Notes: a model not told the origin generated them from the letters alone. A stretch of 64,000 nucleotides of DNA from Planctomycetota bacterium (GCA_965223845.1 CBDCXR010000004.1:2112001-2176000), one strand, 5' to 3'; positions 51,633 through 62,774 are shown, counted from the stretch's first letter. Program-made: numbers and translations.

Positions 51633-54600
51633 GTGTCTCGAATCGTCATCACGTTCCCAGACGGCTCTCAGCAGCAGGCGACGCTTCCGCACAGCGGAGT
51701 CGTGCGAATCGGACACAATCCCGCGTGCGAGGTGACCCTCGACGACCCGCAGGTGCGGCCGGTTCACTGCGCGCTCAAGTGCGCCGACGGGCGAGTCGTT
51801 CTCGTCGTTCCGGAGGGCGGCGGGTTCGTGACCCTCGGGGACGAGCCCGTGACAAAGCGTGCAATGGAATCGGGCGATGAGCTGAAGATCGGCCGCCTTC
51901 GGCTGAGCTTCGTGATCACGGACACCGATCCGAACGTCGGCACCACGCTCGCCGGCTACCACGTCGAGGCGCGGCTCGGAGCGGGAGCGATGGGGACGGT
52001 GTATCGGGCGAAGCAACTCTCGCTCGATCGACCCGTCGCGCTGAAGCTTCTTTCGCCGTCTCTCACTCAGGACCACAAGTTCGTTCAGGGCTTTCTCAAG
52101 GAGGCGCGAAACGTGGCGCGCCTCAACAATCCGAAGGTCGTCCAGATCTACGACGCCGGACAGGAAGACGGCCGATTCTACTTCTCGATGGAGTATCTTC
52201 CCGGCGGCACCCTGGAGAGCTTGCTTCGAGGCGGACAGCGCGTCGAAGTCGAGCGCGCCCTCGAGATCGCGCTCGACGCCGCCGAGGCGCTCGCGTGGGC
52301 GGAAGAGCAGGGCATCGTTCACCGCGACGTCAAGCCGGCGAACCTTCTGATCGCCGACGACGGATCGGTCAAGCTGAGCGACCTCGGCATCGCGTTCGAC
52401 GTCTCGGGCGCGACGGCGGAGCAGCAGCGCCGCGTCGGATCGCCGAAGTACATGGCTCCCGAGCAGGCGGCGGGTGAACGCGTCGATCACCGCGCGGACG
52501 TCTACGGACTGGGCGCCACCCTGTTCCATCTCATCGCGGGGCGCCCGCCCTTCAAGGGACGCACCCACGCCGAGGTCCTCAAGCAAAAGCTCGCCCACGA
52601 CGCGCCGCGTCTCTCGTCGGTCGTTCGAAACGTCTCGCCGGAAGTCGACGACCTCGTCGCAAAAATGCTCGCGCGGTCTCCCTCCGCCCGGTTCGGCAGC
52701 TGCGCGGAAATGCGGGCTGCCGTTGCCGACGTCTACGGCGTGCTCACCGGAACCGGGGAGCAGACCGACGGAGTGCGCGGTCTCGCCTCGGAGGCTTCGG
52801 CTCCGACATCGAAGCGCCACAACGAGGCGATCGTCATCGGGATCGCCTCGCTCATCGTGGTCATCGCCGGATTCTGGGCGTTCTCGGGTGGAGGCGACGC
52901 GCCTTCGCCGACTCCCGCCGATTCCGGGGGCACTGCGACGGCCGGAGAAACCGGAGACGGGACGAGTCAGCCACCCCTGAAAGGCACAACGACTCCCGGG
53001 GCGGAGACGGAGTTGCCGTCGGAGCTCGCGGACCGACTCGCGCGGATGCGGCAGCACACGACGGGCGATGGCGGGGACAGCCCGGGCAACAACGGCGGTT
53101 CGGGAGCCTCCTCGTCGACGCTCGAGGACGCCGACCTCGCCGTCACGCGCGAGTTGGGCGACATCGCTCGAGTGTGGAGGAGCGGTCTCATCGACGATCG
53201 TTCCGCCCTCCGGCGGATTGCCCGCTTTCGCGAACGCCACCCGGAGCCGAAGTACGAAGCAGACATCCGCCAGGTTCTCACCGATATCGAGAAGAGCGTC
53301 CGCGAAAAGAACGAGAAACGGCTCCAAGAGGAGCTCGAAAAGACGATCGCGCCGCTCATCGCGGCGTCGAACTTCGCTGAAGCCGAGACACAACTCGGCG
53401 AGCTAAGGGACGCATTCCCGGATCAGACGGTAACGATCGAGCGCGAGCTCCAATCGCTCGCAGAGAAGGCCTCGGCCCTCTGGGGAGAGGTCTCGGAGGC
53501 CGCCGCGACGGCCCTCAACGCCGGTAACTTCGACGTTGCGGAGCACATTCTCCGCCCTCTCACAAAATCGTTTCCGACGGTGCTTCAGGGGGAGATCGAA
53601 GCGAAGCTCGCCGAGATCACCGCGGCGAAGACGGACTACGAAACTGCCGCGGCAGGATTCGTCGGAGTCGAAGCGGAAATCCAGCACGCGATGGCGCTCG
53701 CGCGTTTCGACGAAGCGCTCAAGCTCGCGGAGACGCTCCCGCAGCCTTCGGGGGACGCACTGAGTGACCGGATCCTCAAGCAGCGCCGCGCGCTGACGGT
53801 TGCCGAAACGCAACTGTGCGCGGACGCGTGGAATCGACTCGAGCGCGGCGTCGCAGAGCTCGCGAAGGAGTCCTCTACGGTGCAGCTGCGACTCGTTGGT
53901 CAGTCCGTAGATGATGGCGCCCCGGTAAAGTTCAAGTCGGTGGACGGTCGCTTCCTCGTCTATGTCGAGCGCGACCGGACGAAACGAGTGCCGGTGCTCG
54001 ATCTAGACTCGCAGGTTCTCGAGAACGCGACGAAGAAAGCAGTCGCGGACGGAGGGGGCGAGACGCATCCGGTCGAAGCGCTCGGTGTTCTGGTCCTCCA
54101 CACTCAGGGCCCGCACCGCGCGGAGGGTTTTCTCACGAACGCGGCGGTCTTGGGCGCCGAGCGCCAAGGAGAGTACCTCCTCCGCCTGAAGATGGATGAG
54201 GCGCCGTGGCTCAAGCGCACGGTCGGATCGCTCGAGCGTCGCCGGGACGAGCTTCGCGGCGCGCCGGGCGAATCAGCGAGCGGGAAAGCGCTCGAGCGCT
54301 GGAGGGGACTCCTCGAGGTGACGAGCCGGACCATTCGAGCGACGCGCTCACGACCGGCGTACCGAGGCTACCGCGATCGGCTCGCCGCGCTCTTCCTCGA
54401 CGGTCACGCGGCGCTCGCCGGCCCCGACGGACTCGCTTCGCTCGTCAACGGCAAGGTAAAGAACAAGAGAAACGGCCTAGTCGAAATCTCGTACGACTTC
54501 AAAGAAAAGTCTCAGCTCCGCGACTTCCACCCCGTCCACCGCTCCTCGAGCAGTGTTTCGCACTATCAAAAATCCGCTCGCATCCGCGGTGAGATTCGCT

Positions 54601-55289
54601 ACCTCCGCGGGGAGCCGTTCCGCCGGCGGCTCACCGTCACCGGCCTCGTCCCCGCGAAGGGGTATTCCTTGGCGGCCCCCAACATCAACATCGCGCTCTG
54701 GACGCACGACGATGATCGCGTGTCCACGATCGGAAGCACCATCAGCAGCTCGTCCTCGTCGTCGTCATCGATCACCACGTTCTTCGATGACGATGGCGCG
54801 AGTCCAAACGACTTCATGGTCTTCGGGATCGGCTACCACTACGACACGCGCGGCTATCTGAGAGTTCGCGGCATCAACAACATCGTTCCGATGCCGGCGA
54901 TGGCGTTTCTCGGCGGCGAGCGAGGTAAGCGCCTCAGCGTCTACTCGTCGTCGCAGTGCGTCTGGGCTCGCGGGGTGAGCTCGCAGGTCAAGGGCGCTCA
55001 GGCGTTTCGCATCGCGGTCGCCCCCGAGCGCATTTCGTGGCAGGTGAACCGAAAGACGATCCCGATTCACAAGTCGGACGAATACGATCGCTTCGATCGC
55101 GAAGAGCCGTACACCGGTTCGATCACGATCTTCACGAATCGGCAGACCGTCTTCTACAAGATGCTGACCTTCGAGGGCGAGCTCAACCCCGACTGGGTCG
55201 GAAAAGAGCTCCGCCGCCGGGCGGAGAGCGACTTACGCGCGATCGAGCCATCGTTTCCGTTCAAGTCCTCCCGCAGCCGCTCGCGGTAG
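51633..55289 (+). CDS. FHA-domain membrane Ser/Thr protein kinase with large extracytoplasmic region
   Basis: FHA-like N-terminus; LGAGAMG, VALK, HRDVKPAN, DLG, YMAPE; TM helix IVIGIASLIVVIAGFWAF. Confidence 0.9.
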   Translation: MSRIVITFPDGSQQQATLPHSGVVRIGHNPACEVTLDDPQVRPVHCALKCADGRVVLVVPEGGGFVTLGDEPVTKRAMESGDELKIGRLRLSFVITDTDPNVGTTLAGYHVEARLGAGAMGTVYRAKQLSLDRPVALKLLSPSLTQDHKFVQGFLKEARNVARLNNPKVVQIYDAGQEDGRFYFSMEYLPGGTLESLLRGGQRVEVERALEIALDAAEALAWAEEQGIVHRDVKPANLLIADDGSVKLSDLGIAFDVSGATAEQQRRVGSPKYMAPEQAAGERVDHRADVYGLGATLFHLIAGRPPFKGRTHAEVLKQKLAHDAPRLSSVVRNVSPEVDDLVAKMLARSPSARFGSCAEMRAAVADVYGVLTGTGEQTDGVRGLASEASAPTSKRHNEAIVIGIASLIVVIAGFWAFSGGGDAPSPTPADSGGTATAGETGDGTSQPPLKGTTTPGAETELPSELADRLARMRQHTTGDGGDSPGNNGGSGASSSTLEDADLAVTRELGDIARVWRSGLIDDRSALRRIARFRERHPEPKYEADIRQVLTDIEKSVREKNEKRLQEELEKTIAPLIAASNFAEAETQLGELRDAFPDQTVTIERELQSLAEKASALWGEVSEAAATALNAGNFDVAEHILRPLTKSFPTVLQGEIEAKLAEITAAKTDYETAAAGFVGVEAEIQHAMALARFDEALKLAETLPQPSGDALSDRILKQRRALTVAETQLCADAWNRLERGVAELAKESSTVQLRLVGQSVDDGAPVKFKSVDGRFLVYVERDRTKRVPVLDLDSQVLENATKKAVADGGGETHPVEALGVLVLHTQGPHRAEGFLTNAAVLGAERQGEYLLRLKMDEAPWLKRTVGSLERRRDELRGAPGESASGKALERWRGLLEVTSRTIRATRSRPAYRGYRDRLAALFLDGHAALAGPDGLASLVNGKVKNKRNGLVEISYDFKEKSQLRDFHPVHRSSSSVSHYQKSARIRGEIRYLRGEPFRRRLTVTGLVPAKGYSLAAPNINIALWTHDDDRVSTIGSTISSSSSSSSSITTFFDDDGASPNDFMVFGIGYHYDTRGYLRVRGINNIVPMPAMAFLGGERGKRLSVYSSSQCVWARGVSSQVKGAQAFRIAVAPERISWQVNRKTIPIHKSDEYDRFDREEPYTGSITIFTNRQTVFYKMLTFEGELNPDWVGKELRRRAESDLRAIEPSFPFKSSRSRSR

Positions 55290-55338
55290 CGCAGCCCATC
55301 GAACCGGCGCTGAGCTTCGGCCTGAGTCGCGTCCGGCT

Positions 55339-56019
55339 TCAAGCGTGAGCGAGTCGTACGAAGGTTCGCGTTCCCGCTCCCGACGGGAGCGCACGCGATC
55401 CCACGAGCTCGGCGGAGAGGCCGAGCCGCCGAGCGAGCGGTCGTGCGGCTTCGAGTTCGGCGCCGACGCGGGGGCCCTTGTAGAGAAAGAGCTCCTTAAA
55501 CCGGTGGTGAACGGGGCGGAGGACCCGAAGCAAGCGCTCGATCGGGGCAACGGCTCGCGCGACCACGACGTCCACCGAACGCTCCGCGAGGACGAGCTCC
55601 GCTCGCGCCGCGACGACCTCGACGTTCGTTCGCCGGGGGATCGGCTCCGCCGCGAGGGCGTCGCGGACTTCGGTGAGGAATGCAGCCTTCTTCTGTACGG
55701 ACTCGACCAAGACGACCCGCGTCTCCGCCAGAGCAAGTGCCAGCGGGACGCCCGGAAATCCGGCTCCGCTCCCGAGGTCGAGGATCGTCGAGGCATGCGC
55801 GAGCTCGCGCCATGGGAGGAGGCTGTCGAGCGCGTGCTTGATGACGAGCTCGGCGTCGTCGCGAATCGCGGTCAGGTTCAGGCGATGGTTCGCCGCGGCG
55901 ACGAGCTCGAGATGACGATTCGCCAGATGGACTACGTTCGCTCGATTGGGAAGGTCGGACGGAAGGAGCCGGTCGAGCGACTCGGCGAATCGCCCGCCCG
56001 TTTCGGCCGCTTCCCTCAT
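55339..56019 (-). CDS. rsmG: 16S rRNA (guanine(527)-N7)-methyltransferase
   Basis: NLTAIRD, KHALDSL, DLGSGAGFPG, VESVQKKAAFL, VVARAVA, YKG; ATGA overlap with the upstream ATPase. Confidence 0.92.
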   Translation of the reverse strand: MREAAETGGRFAESLDRLLPSDLPNRANVVHLANRHLELVAAANHRLNLTAIRDDAELVIKHALDSLLPWRELAHASTILDLGSGAGFPGVPLALALAETRVVLVESVQKKAAFLTEVRDALAAEPIPRRTNVEVVAARAELVLAERSVDVVVARAVAPIERLLRVLRPVHHRFKELFLYKGPRVGAELEAARPLARRLGLSAELVGSRALPSGAGTRTFVRLAHA

Positions 56020-57746
56020 GAGACGCCGGAAGTCGATCCGTGTGTCTCTTCCGTGCCCGGCTCGCGGTCCGCCAGCCACAGCTCGACGCCGTCACCGGGA
56101 CGACTCAGGATCTGGGGGGTTACCGGGAACGACTCCCGCCCGGTTTCTTCGCGAAGCTTGACGAGAAACTCGGTGTGATCGTCGAACACCTGCTCGAGAT
56201 ACTCGACGACGTCGAGCGACATCTCCTCGGCGATCGCCCCGGCCATCGTCGACGCCGCTTCGTCCAGCTCGAGTCTCACCCCGTGTCGCCGGGCGAATTC
56301 GCGCTCGAATCGGCGCACCTCGAGCAAGGCGAATTCCCGCTCGACGGACGACGGATCCGCGATGAGACGATCGAGAGCACTACGGGGGTCGGCGATGAGC
56401 TCGGATGTGACGACGAAGCGCTCGATGTGGCGCTGGGAGGGGAGCTCGAACTTGAAGTCACGCAGCGCCGCTTCGAGGATCGTCATCAGTCCGCGCGCCC
56501 CGGTTTCTTCATCTTTCGCGAGCGCAGCGACCGCTCGAAGCGCTCCGTCATCGAAGGCGACGTCGATCGAGTACCCGCGAAAGCTCTCGACGTGTTGCCG
56601 CAGAATCGAACCTTCCGAAGTCGCGAGAATCTCGAAGAGGTCGTCTTCCGTCAGTCCCGAAAGGGCGACGCGAATCGGCAATCGACCGATGAACTCGGGC
56701 TCGAAACCGTAGTCGACGAAATCCTTCGTCGCCACCTCGCCGAGGACGAGCTCCGTTCGCGGCTCAGTAGTGGCCGGCTGCTTCGCGCCGAATCCGACGC
56801 GCTGCGCGGAAAGTCGCTTTTCGACGATCTCGTCGAGACCGGAAAACGCTCCACTGACGACGAAGAGTATGTGTTTCGTGTTGATCATCCGCCGCGCGAC
56901 TGCGCCGGAGCGTGACTGCATGAGCTCCTGAAACTGCGCGCTGATGTCGTTCGGGCTCCGCGCCGGAACATCGGTGTCCTCGAGAAGCTTCAGAAGTCCG
57001 GTCTGAACGCCTCGTCCGCTGACGTCACGACCGGTCGAATTCTGAGCGGCCGCGATCTTGTCGATCTCGTCGAGAAAGATGATCCCGTATTCGGCGAGCT
57101 CGATGTCGCCGTCGGCAACGCGGACGAGCTCGCGGACGAGCTCGTCGACGTCCATACCCACGTAACCCGTCTCCGAGAACTTCGTGATGTCCGCCTTGAC
57201 GAACGGGACGCCGAGAAGCTGGGCGAGAGTGCGGATGAGATAGGTCTTTCCGACGCCGGTGGGCCCCAGCAGGATGACGTTCTGCTTGACGTAGTCGATG
57301 TCGTCGGTCGCGCCTTCGTGCGCCCGGCGCGCGTGGTTGTAGTGGTCGCATACCGCGACCGCCAGCGTGCGCTTCGCTTGCTCCTGACCGATGACGAACC
57401 GATCGAGATGCGCTTTCACTTCGGCCGGCTTCATCGAGAAGTCGAGGGCTTCGCTGCGTCGATGCCTCAGCTCCTCCGCGTCCTCGACTTCGTCGGTCGG
57501 CGGCGATGGCGCGGCCCCGACCGGAGAGAAGAAAACATTCGTCTCGCCGAACCGATCCTTGAAGAACTCTTGAAGATCTTTTTGGATCTCCTCGGGCGAA
57601 GGAGTCTTCGGCCCCTCTTCGCGGCGATCGCCACCCGGATCGCGCTCCACATCCCCCGAGCCGTCGCCGCCCGAGGCGGAGTCGCCCGACTTCTGAGTGT
57701 CGTCTTGGTCGCTCGTGTCCGGTTCCGTCGTCATCGCGGTTCTCAT
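56016..57746 (-). CDS. clpX: ClpX-like AAA+ ATPase lacking the N-terminal zinc-binding domain
   Basis: LDRFVIGQEQAK, GPTGVGKT, ETGYVG, IFLDEIDKIA, RDVSGRGVQ, VGF loop, PEFIGRLP, TGARGL. Confidence 0.8.
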   Translation of the reverse strand: MRTAMTTEPDTSDQDDTQKSGDSASGGDGSGDVERDPGGDRREEGPKTPSPEEIQKDLQEFFKDRFGETNVFFSPVGAAPSPPTDEVEDAEELRHRRSEALDFSMKPAEVKAHLDRFVIGQEQAKRTLAVAVCDHYNHARRAHEGATDDIDYVKQNVILLGPTGVGKTYLIRTLAQLLGVPFVKADITKFSETGYVGMDVDELVRELVRVADGDIELAEYGIIFLDEIDKIAAAQNSTGRDVSGRGVQTGLLKLLEDTDVPARSPNDISAQFQELMQSRSGAVARRMINTKHILFVVSGAFSGLDEIVEKRLSAQRVGFGAKQPATTEPRTELVLGEVATKDFVDYGFEPEFIGRLPIRVALSGLTEDDLFEILATSEGSILRQHVESFRGYSIDVAFDDGALRAVAALAKDEETGARGLMTILEAALRDFKFELPSQRHIERFVVTSELIADPRSALDRLIADPSSVEREFALLEVRRFEREFARRHGVRLELDEAASTMAGAIAEEMSLDVVEYLEQVFDDHTEFLVKLREETGRESFPVTPQILSRPGDGVELWLADREPGTEETHGSTSGVS

Positions 57747-58058
57747 CGTCGACCCGTCCCGCGCGCGGAGCGGGGCGAGCGTCGGGAGACTCCTTCGTAG
57801 AAAAGAGAAACGCCGCGGGCGCGGCGGGGGAGTGACACCGGGGATAGAATACCGCGTCTCGAGTCCTGCTCCCGAAGAATCTCGGCGATCGCGCCGCTTC
57901 TCCTCCGTGCGTTCGCCCGTTCCGTTCGCGGCTTCGACCGCCGCTCACGGAACGAAATCCTAACGCGCGCCGGCCGGTGACGGTGACCCGCCCGCGCGTC
58001 TCTCGCACGGGATACACGACACTGTTTCGACTAGCGAACGATTCGGAGATACGAATTC

Positions 58059-59279
58059 GTGGAAAGCGACGCGGACGACCTGGTCACAGGCCCGGGAGAA
58101 CACCCAAGGAGAGACGAATCGTTGAACCGGGCTCGTCCATCGGCGGACCGAGCACCTCGTCTCCGCGTTCTCTGTCTCGAGCCCTACTTCGGCCTCTCGC
58201 ATGAGACGTTCCTCGAAGGCTACCGGCGGTTCTCGCGTCACGAGGTGGAGATCTGGAGTCTCCCGCCGCGGAAATGGAAGTGGCGGATGCGAGGAGCCGT
58301 GTACGAGTTTTGCCGTCGCGCGCGCGAGGAGAGTTCGCCTCCAGATGTGATTCTCGCATCGGACTACGTTCACCTCGCCGAATGGAAGGCCCTCGCGCCG
58401 GCGGGCTATCGCGAAACGCCGAGTGTCATCTACTTTCACGAGAACCAGCTCACCTACCCGCTATCCGAAGGCGCGCCGCCCGATTTTCACTACGGCTGGA
58501 TCAATCTGAGCTCGGCGCTCGCCGCCGAGCGCGTGCTCTTCAATTCGGGCTATCACCGGCGCGAATTCCTCGGCGGAGTCGCCGCCGCGCTCGGGCGGAT
58601 GCCGGATTTCGTTCCGGAGCATCTTCCCGCCGAGATCGAGCGGAAGTCCGGCGTGTTTCCCGTCGGAAACGATTTCTCCGTTCACCGCAAGATTCTCGCC
58701 GCCGCGGAGGAGCGTTCGAGCGAGACGCCGATCATCGTCTGGAATCATCGCTGGGAGTACGACAAGGACCCCGACCGCGCGGTCGAGGCGCTCATCGCTC
58801 TCAAGCGCCGGGGGATCCCGTTCCGCGCCGATCTTTGCGGGGAGGTGTTCGAGCAGCGCCCGGCCGCCTTCGAACGCGCGCGGCGAGAGCTCGAAGGATG
58901 TCTCGTTCAAATCGGCTACTACGAGGATCACACCGCGTACCTCGAAGCTTTGGTGCGTGCCGACTTCGTCCTATCGACGGCCCGGCACGAGTTCTTCGGG
59001 GTTGCCGTGGTCGAGGCGATGTACATGGGCTGCATCCCGATCCTGCCGCACGATCTCAGCTATCCCGAAATCGTCCCGGCCGCCTGCCACGCCGATCTTC
59101 TCTACGAACGTAAGGCGCCGCTCGATCGCGTACTCGAGCGCGTGCTCGCGAGCCCCCCGATTCAGCATCGCGAGGCCCTCCGAGCCGCGGCCGCGCGGAG
59201 CGATTGGACCCACCTAGCGGGCGAGCTCGACGCGATCGTCGACGAGACGGCGGGGCGGGCGAACCGCCGGGGAGCGTGA
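58059..59279 (+). CDS. DUF3524/GT4 glycosyltransferase (GTDC1-like)
   Basis: LEPYFGLSH, RKWKWRMRG, YFHENQLTYP, FNSGYH, WNHRWEYDKDP, HEFFGVAVVEA, LSYPE; start uncertain. Confidence 0.88.
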   Translation: MESDADDLVTGPGEHPRRDESLNRARPSADRAPRLRVLCLEPYFGLSHETFLEGYRRFSRHEVEIWSLPPRKWKWRMRGAVYEFCRRAREESSPPDVILASDYVHLAEWKALAPAGYRETPSVIYFHENQLTYPLSEGAPPDFHYGWINLSSALAAERVLFNSGYHRREFLGGVAAALGRMPDFVPEHLPAEIERKSGVFPVGNDFSVHRKILAAAEERSSETPIIVWNHRWEYDKDPDRAVEALIALKRRGIPFRADLCGEVFEQRPAAFERARRELEGCLVQIGYYEDHTAYLEALVRADFVLSTARHEFFGVAVVEAMYMGCIPILPHDLSYPEIVPAACHADLLYERKAPLDRVLERVLASPPIQHREALRAAAARSDWTHLAGELDAIVDETAGRANRRGA

Positions 59280-59352
59280 CTCCGTTGCCGGATGCCGACC
59301 GTCGCTCCTTCCCCCTTTTCTTGCTCCGGTCCTGCGCTAAACTGTCGCCCTT

Positions 59353-60474
59353 ATGGAACCTCAGCCTGCTTCAGAACGACGCGCGACCGTCCGCGAGCTC
59401 GCTGAAATCGCGGGAGGCGAACTGATCGGGGGCGGCGATCGCGAGATTCGCCGCGCGGCCTCGCTCGATTCCGCCGACGCCGACGCGATCGTCTTCGTCG
59501 ACGGCCCTCGGTACGCGTCCTCCCTCGCGAGTTCGAGGGCCGGTGCGGCGATCGTCCCGCCGGACACGGATCTGCCCGAGAACATGAGCGGAATCGTCCA
59601 CCCGATGCCCGCGCTCGGAATGGCGAAGGCGTCGACGTACCTCCACCCGACCCCGCGGCGCTACCGCGGTGTGTCGCCGCAGGCGATCGTCGACGAATCG
59701 GCGGAGATCGGCGAGGACGCGGGAGTCGCGCCGGGCGCGGTTGTCGGGCCGGGCGCTCGCATCGGAGCTCGCTCCGAGATCCACCCGACGGCGACGATCG
59801 GACCGGGAGCAGTCGTCGGTGAGGACTGCATCGTGCACGCCGGCGTGCACGTCTACGCCGGCTGCACTCTCGGCGATCGCGTGATCATCCACAGCGGTGC
59901 GGTCGTCGGCGCCGATGGCTATGGATTCACGCAAGAGCCTACGCCGGACACGGCTCCCGAACTTCCGGTGCGCCATCGCAAGGTGCCTCAGATCGGAACG
60001 GTGATCATCGAAGACGACGTCGAGATCGGCGCGAACTCGACCATCGATCGCGCCGCCTTCGATACGACGCGGATCGGGCGCGGAACCAAGATCGACAACC
60101 TCGTCATGATCGCCCACAACTGCGAGATCGGTCGGCACTGTCTAATCGTCGGGCAGGTCGGGATCTCCGGTTCGACGCGAATCGGCGACTACGTCACGAT
60201 CGCCGGCCAGGCGGGACTCACCGGCCATATCGAAATCGGCGATCGCGCCATCATCGGCGCCCAAGCGGGCGTGACGAAGAGCGTTTCGAGTGGCTCTGCC
60301 GTCCTCGGGAGCCCGGCGATCGATCTCCGGCGCGCGCGGCGGATGTTCGCCGTTATGGAGAAGCTTCCGGAGCGGATGCCGGATCTTCGCGCTCGGGTTG
60401 CGGAGTGCGAACGCCGACTGGCGGAGTCGTCTCCTCCTCTCGCGGCGGAAAACGACGACGCTTCTCCCGAGTGA
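59353..60474 (+). CDS. lpxD: UDP-3-O-(3-hydroxyacyl)glucosamine N-acyltransferase
   Basis: Hexapeptide repeats, [39 protein letters not shown]. Confidence 0.95.
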   Translation: MEPQPASERRATVRELAEIAGGELIGGGDREIRRAASLDSADADAIVFVDGPRYASSLASSRAGAAIVPPDTDLPENMSGIVHPMPALGMAKASTYLHPTPRRYRGVSPQAIVDESAEIGEDAGVAPGAVVGPGARIGARSEIHPTATIGPGAVVGEDCIVHAGVHVYAGCTLGDRVIIHSGAVVGADGYGFTQEPTPDTAPELPVRHRKVPQIGTVIIEDDVEIGANSTIDRAAFDTTRIGRGTKIDNLVMIAHNCEIGRHCLIVGQVGISGSTRIGDYVTIAGQAGLTGHIEIGDRAIIGAQAGVTKSVSSGSAVLGSPAIDLRRARRMFAVMEKLPERMPDLRARVAECERRLAESSPPLAAENDDASPE

Positions 60475-61363
60475 GCCCAGGGGTTTCGGTCGACTCGGCT
60501 TCGGCGCCCACGGCAGCGGCCCCTTCGGCCGCCGCCTCGTCTGTCCCTGCTGCCGGAGTCGGCGCTTCGCGAGGTGCGTCGGCTTCGGGACGTGCGTAGC
60601 GCATTCCGCCGAGGATCGATTCGAAGCGCGGTACGGCGGCGGCGAAGCGCGACGCGCTCGATCGGAACGAGAACATCGGCCGCGCGAAGCCGAAGTCGAG
60701 GAAGAGGCGCCGCTCGCGAAACCGCGTCCCGTTCGCATCGAACCGAAAGTCGATCTCCCACGTCTTCACGGCACCCCAGAGATTGCCGAAGCGCTCGCGA
60801 TCGACCCCGAAGTTCTCGCGCTCATCCGCGTACTCGCGGCGAAGACGCGATGGCAGCCCCCAGAACGCGGACGCGGTCTCGAGCGGGCGCACGGCGAACT
60901 CGGCCGCATCGCCGTCGACAGCGAAACGCAGCTCGCCGGCGGCGGTCGGCTTCTCGGCGGTCCAGCTCCGCGGAATCTCGAGCCGGAGGACTCCGCGGCG
61001 CTCGGCGTCGCCTTGAAGTGGCACGACGAGAGGTCGAGTCTCCGGCGCGCCGCTGCTTTTCGACTCCGAAGCTTCCGCGTCTTCCGCAGAGCTCTCCCCG
61101 TCGGGCGCCGTCGCGCTCGGAGGTTCTGCGCTGGTCTCCGCGCGCTTGGCGTCGTGGAGCCGCGCAATCCGCCGCTTCGAGAACCTCATCTCGCCGCCCG
61201 TCACGGCGATGACCACCGTGCGCTCCGTCTCCTCGATGAGCCGCCCGGCGATGCGGTATCCGTTCTTGAGTTCGACGACGATCTCCCGCCGCGCCGGCGC
61301 GATGCTCTCGGCGGATTCCGTACCCGGGTTCGTCAATAGAAGGACGGCGAAGAGAACGCTCAT
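60353..61363 (-). CDS. Secreted hypothetical protein
   Basis: Signal peptide; [17 protein letters not shown] small beta domain; low-complexity tail overlapping the lpxD 3' end. Confidence 0.65.
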   Translation of the reverse strand: MSVLFAVLLLTNPGTESAESIAPARREIVVELKNGYRIAGRLIEETERTVVIAVTGGEMRFSKRRIARLHDAKRAETSAEPPSATAPDGESSAEDAEASESKSSGAPETRPLVVPLQGDAERRGVLRLEIPRSWTAEKPTAAGELRFAVDGDAAEFAVRPLETASAFWGLPSRLRREYADERENFGVDRERFGNLWGAVKTWEIDFRFDANGTRFRERRLFLDFGFARPMFSFRSSASRFAAAVPRFESILGGMRYARPEADAPREAPTPAAGTDEAAAEGAAAVGAEAESTETPGLTREKRRRFPPREEETTPPVGVRTPQPEREDPASAPEASP

Positions 61364-61477
61364 GCGGCACCTCAACTCGCGAGTGGACGGGCGCCGAACG
61401 GGCGCACCTTCTCGGACATCGGTCCGCCGCTCGTTGCGCCTTGCGCTATCGCCGTTCCCGGAACGTCTCCCGCGGGC

Positions 61478-62563
61478 TCACTTGCGCTTCGGGGGCTCCG
61501 CGAAGAAGCCGAAGAAGGGGAGCGTCACGCGAGGCTTTTCCGGATGGTCCGTCGTGACGATCACGTCCCCCGAAAACGAGCCGCGCTGCCCCGGCGACTC
61601 GAGACGCGCCGTGAGGATGTGCACGCGCCCCTCGCGTCTCTCCACCGCACTGACTTTCACGCGGAACTTCGCCCCCGCGGGCTTTCGGATCCGGACCTTG
61701 GTGTCGAGGATCTTGAACGGTCGATCGGCGACCGACTCGAGCCTCGCCGTCTCCATCCACGTCTTCGGATCAGTGCGAACGACCCGACTGAAGTTGAATT
61801 GCTTTGGGCGGAGCACGATCCCTTTGAACACATCTCCGGCCACGGGAACGACGAAGGGCCTGCCGTCGAGCTCACCCTCCAGCTCACCCCAGATGCGCCC
61901 TTCGGGGTGACCGGGGAGAACGGTGACCGAGACCGCGTACCCGCCCTCGATCTCGGCGACCTCGGCCTTGAACCATTTGGCGCCTCTCGGCGGGCGCTTA
62001 CCGAGGACCTTGACGCCTCGGATGGTGAGCTTACCGCCTTCGGAGCGCTTCTCGCGGCTCTTCACCTCGAGGCGGGCCGTCGCGGGCGGACCACCGACGC
62101 TTCCCACGAGGCGGATCTCGCGCGGCTCGACCGCGTGATCGGGGAAGACCCGCAAGACGACGCCGCAATTCAACGTACCGCGCTGACCGTCCGCCCGCTC
62201 GACGTCGACTTGGATCCGCTTCCGCAGCGTTGCGCCGACGGAGCGCCCGCTTTCCATCGTGACGTCGATCCGACTCGAGCCCCCGGGAGGAATCGGGGCA
62301 GGAAATCGGTTCGGCCGGACCGAGAGGCAACTGCACGACGGACGGACGCCGGTGATCCGGATCGCCATCTGGTCGTCGTTCTTGACTTCGAACGACGTCT
62401 TCACGCGCTCGCGATGGCCCCTCTCGCCGAGATCGAGAAGCGAGGGGACAACACGCACCTGCGCCTGGAGGACAACGCTGAGTCCCATCACTCCGCCTAG
62501 GGCCGCCACCCACATCCCTGCGTGCACGCCGTCGCTTTGAAGCCTTAGTGTTCGTCGCCGCAT
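61478..62563 (-). CDS. DUF1573 domain-containing (Ig-like) secreted protein
   Basis: SFEVKN...IRITGVRPSCSCL...IPPGGS motif; further beta-sandwich repeats. Confidence 0.8.
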   Translation of the reverse strand: MRRRTLRLQSDGVHAGMWVAALGGVMGLSVVLQAQVRVVPSLLDLGERGHRERVKTSFEVKNDDQMAIRITGVRPSCSCLSVRPNRFPAPIPPGGSSRIDVTMESGRSVGATLRKRIQVDVERADGQRGTLNCGVVLRVFPDHAVEPREIRLVGSVGGPPATARLEVKSREKRSEGGKLTIRGVKVLGKRPPRGAKWFKAEVAEIEGGYAVSVTVLPGHPEGRIWGELEGELDGRPFVVPVAGDVFKGIVLRPKQFNFSRVVRTDPKTWMETARLESVADRPFKILDTKVRIRKPAGAKFRVKVSAVERREGRVHILTARLESPGQRGSFSGDVIVTTDHPEKPRVTLPFFGFFAEPPKRK

Positions 62564-62774
62564 ATTGGACCGTTTCCGTGGTTTCTCGAGACGATCGCGC
62601 CGATCCGCCGCCGGAACATTCACCGCCGAGGATTCCGGACGAAGGCTCGGTCGAAGAGTCATGATAGTCTACACCCATCGCGAGTCGTGCGGCGAGCGGA
62701 CCGCGAGGCCGAAGACGGGTTTGCCCACCGGCGCCGAACGTCGCTCCGCACCGAGATCTCTCCGCCCCAGTGTT

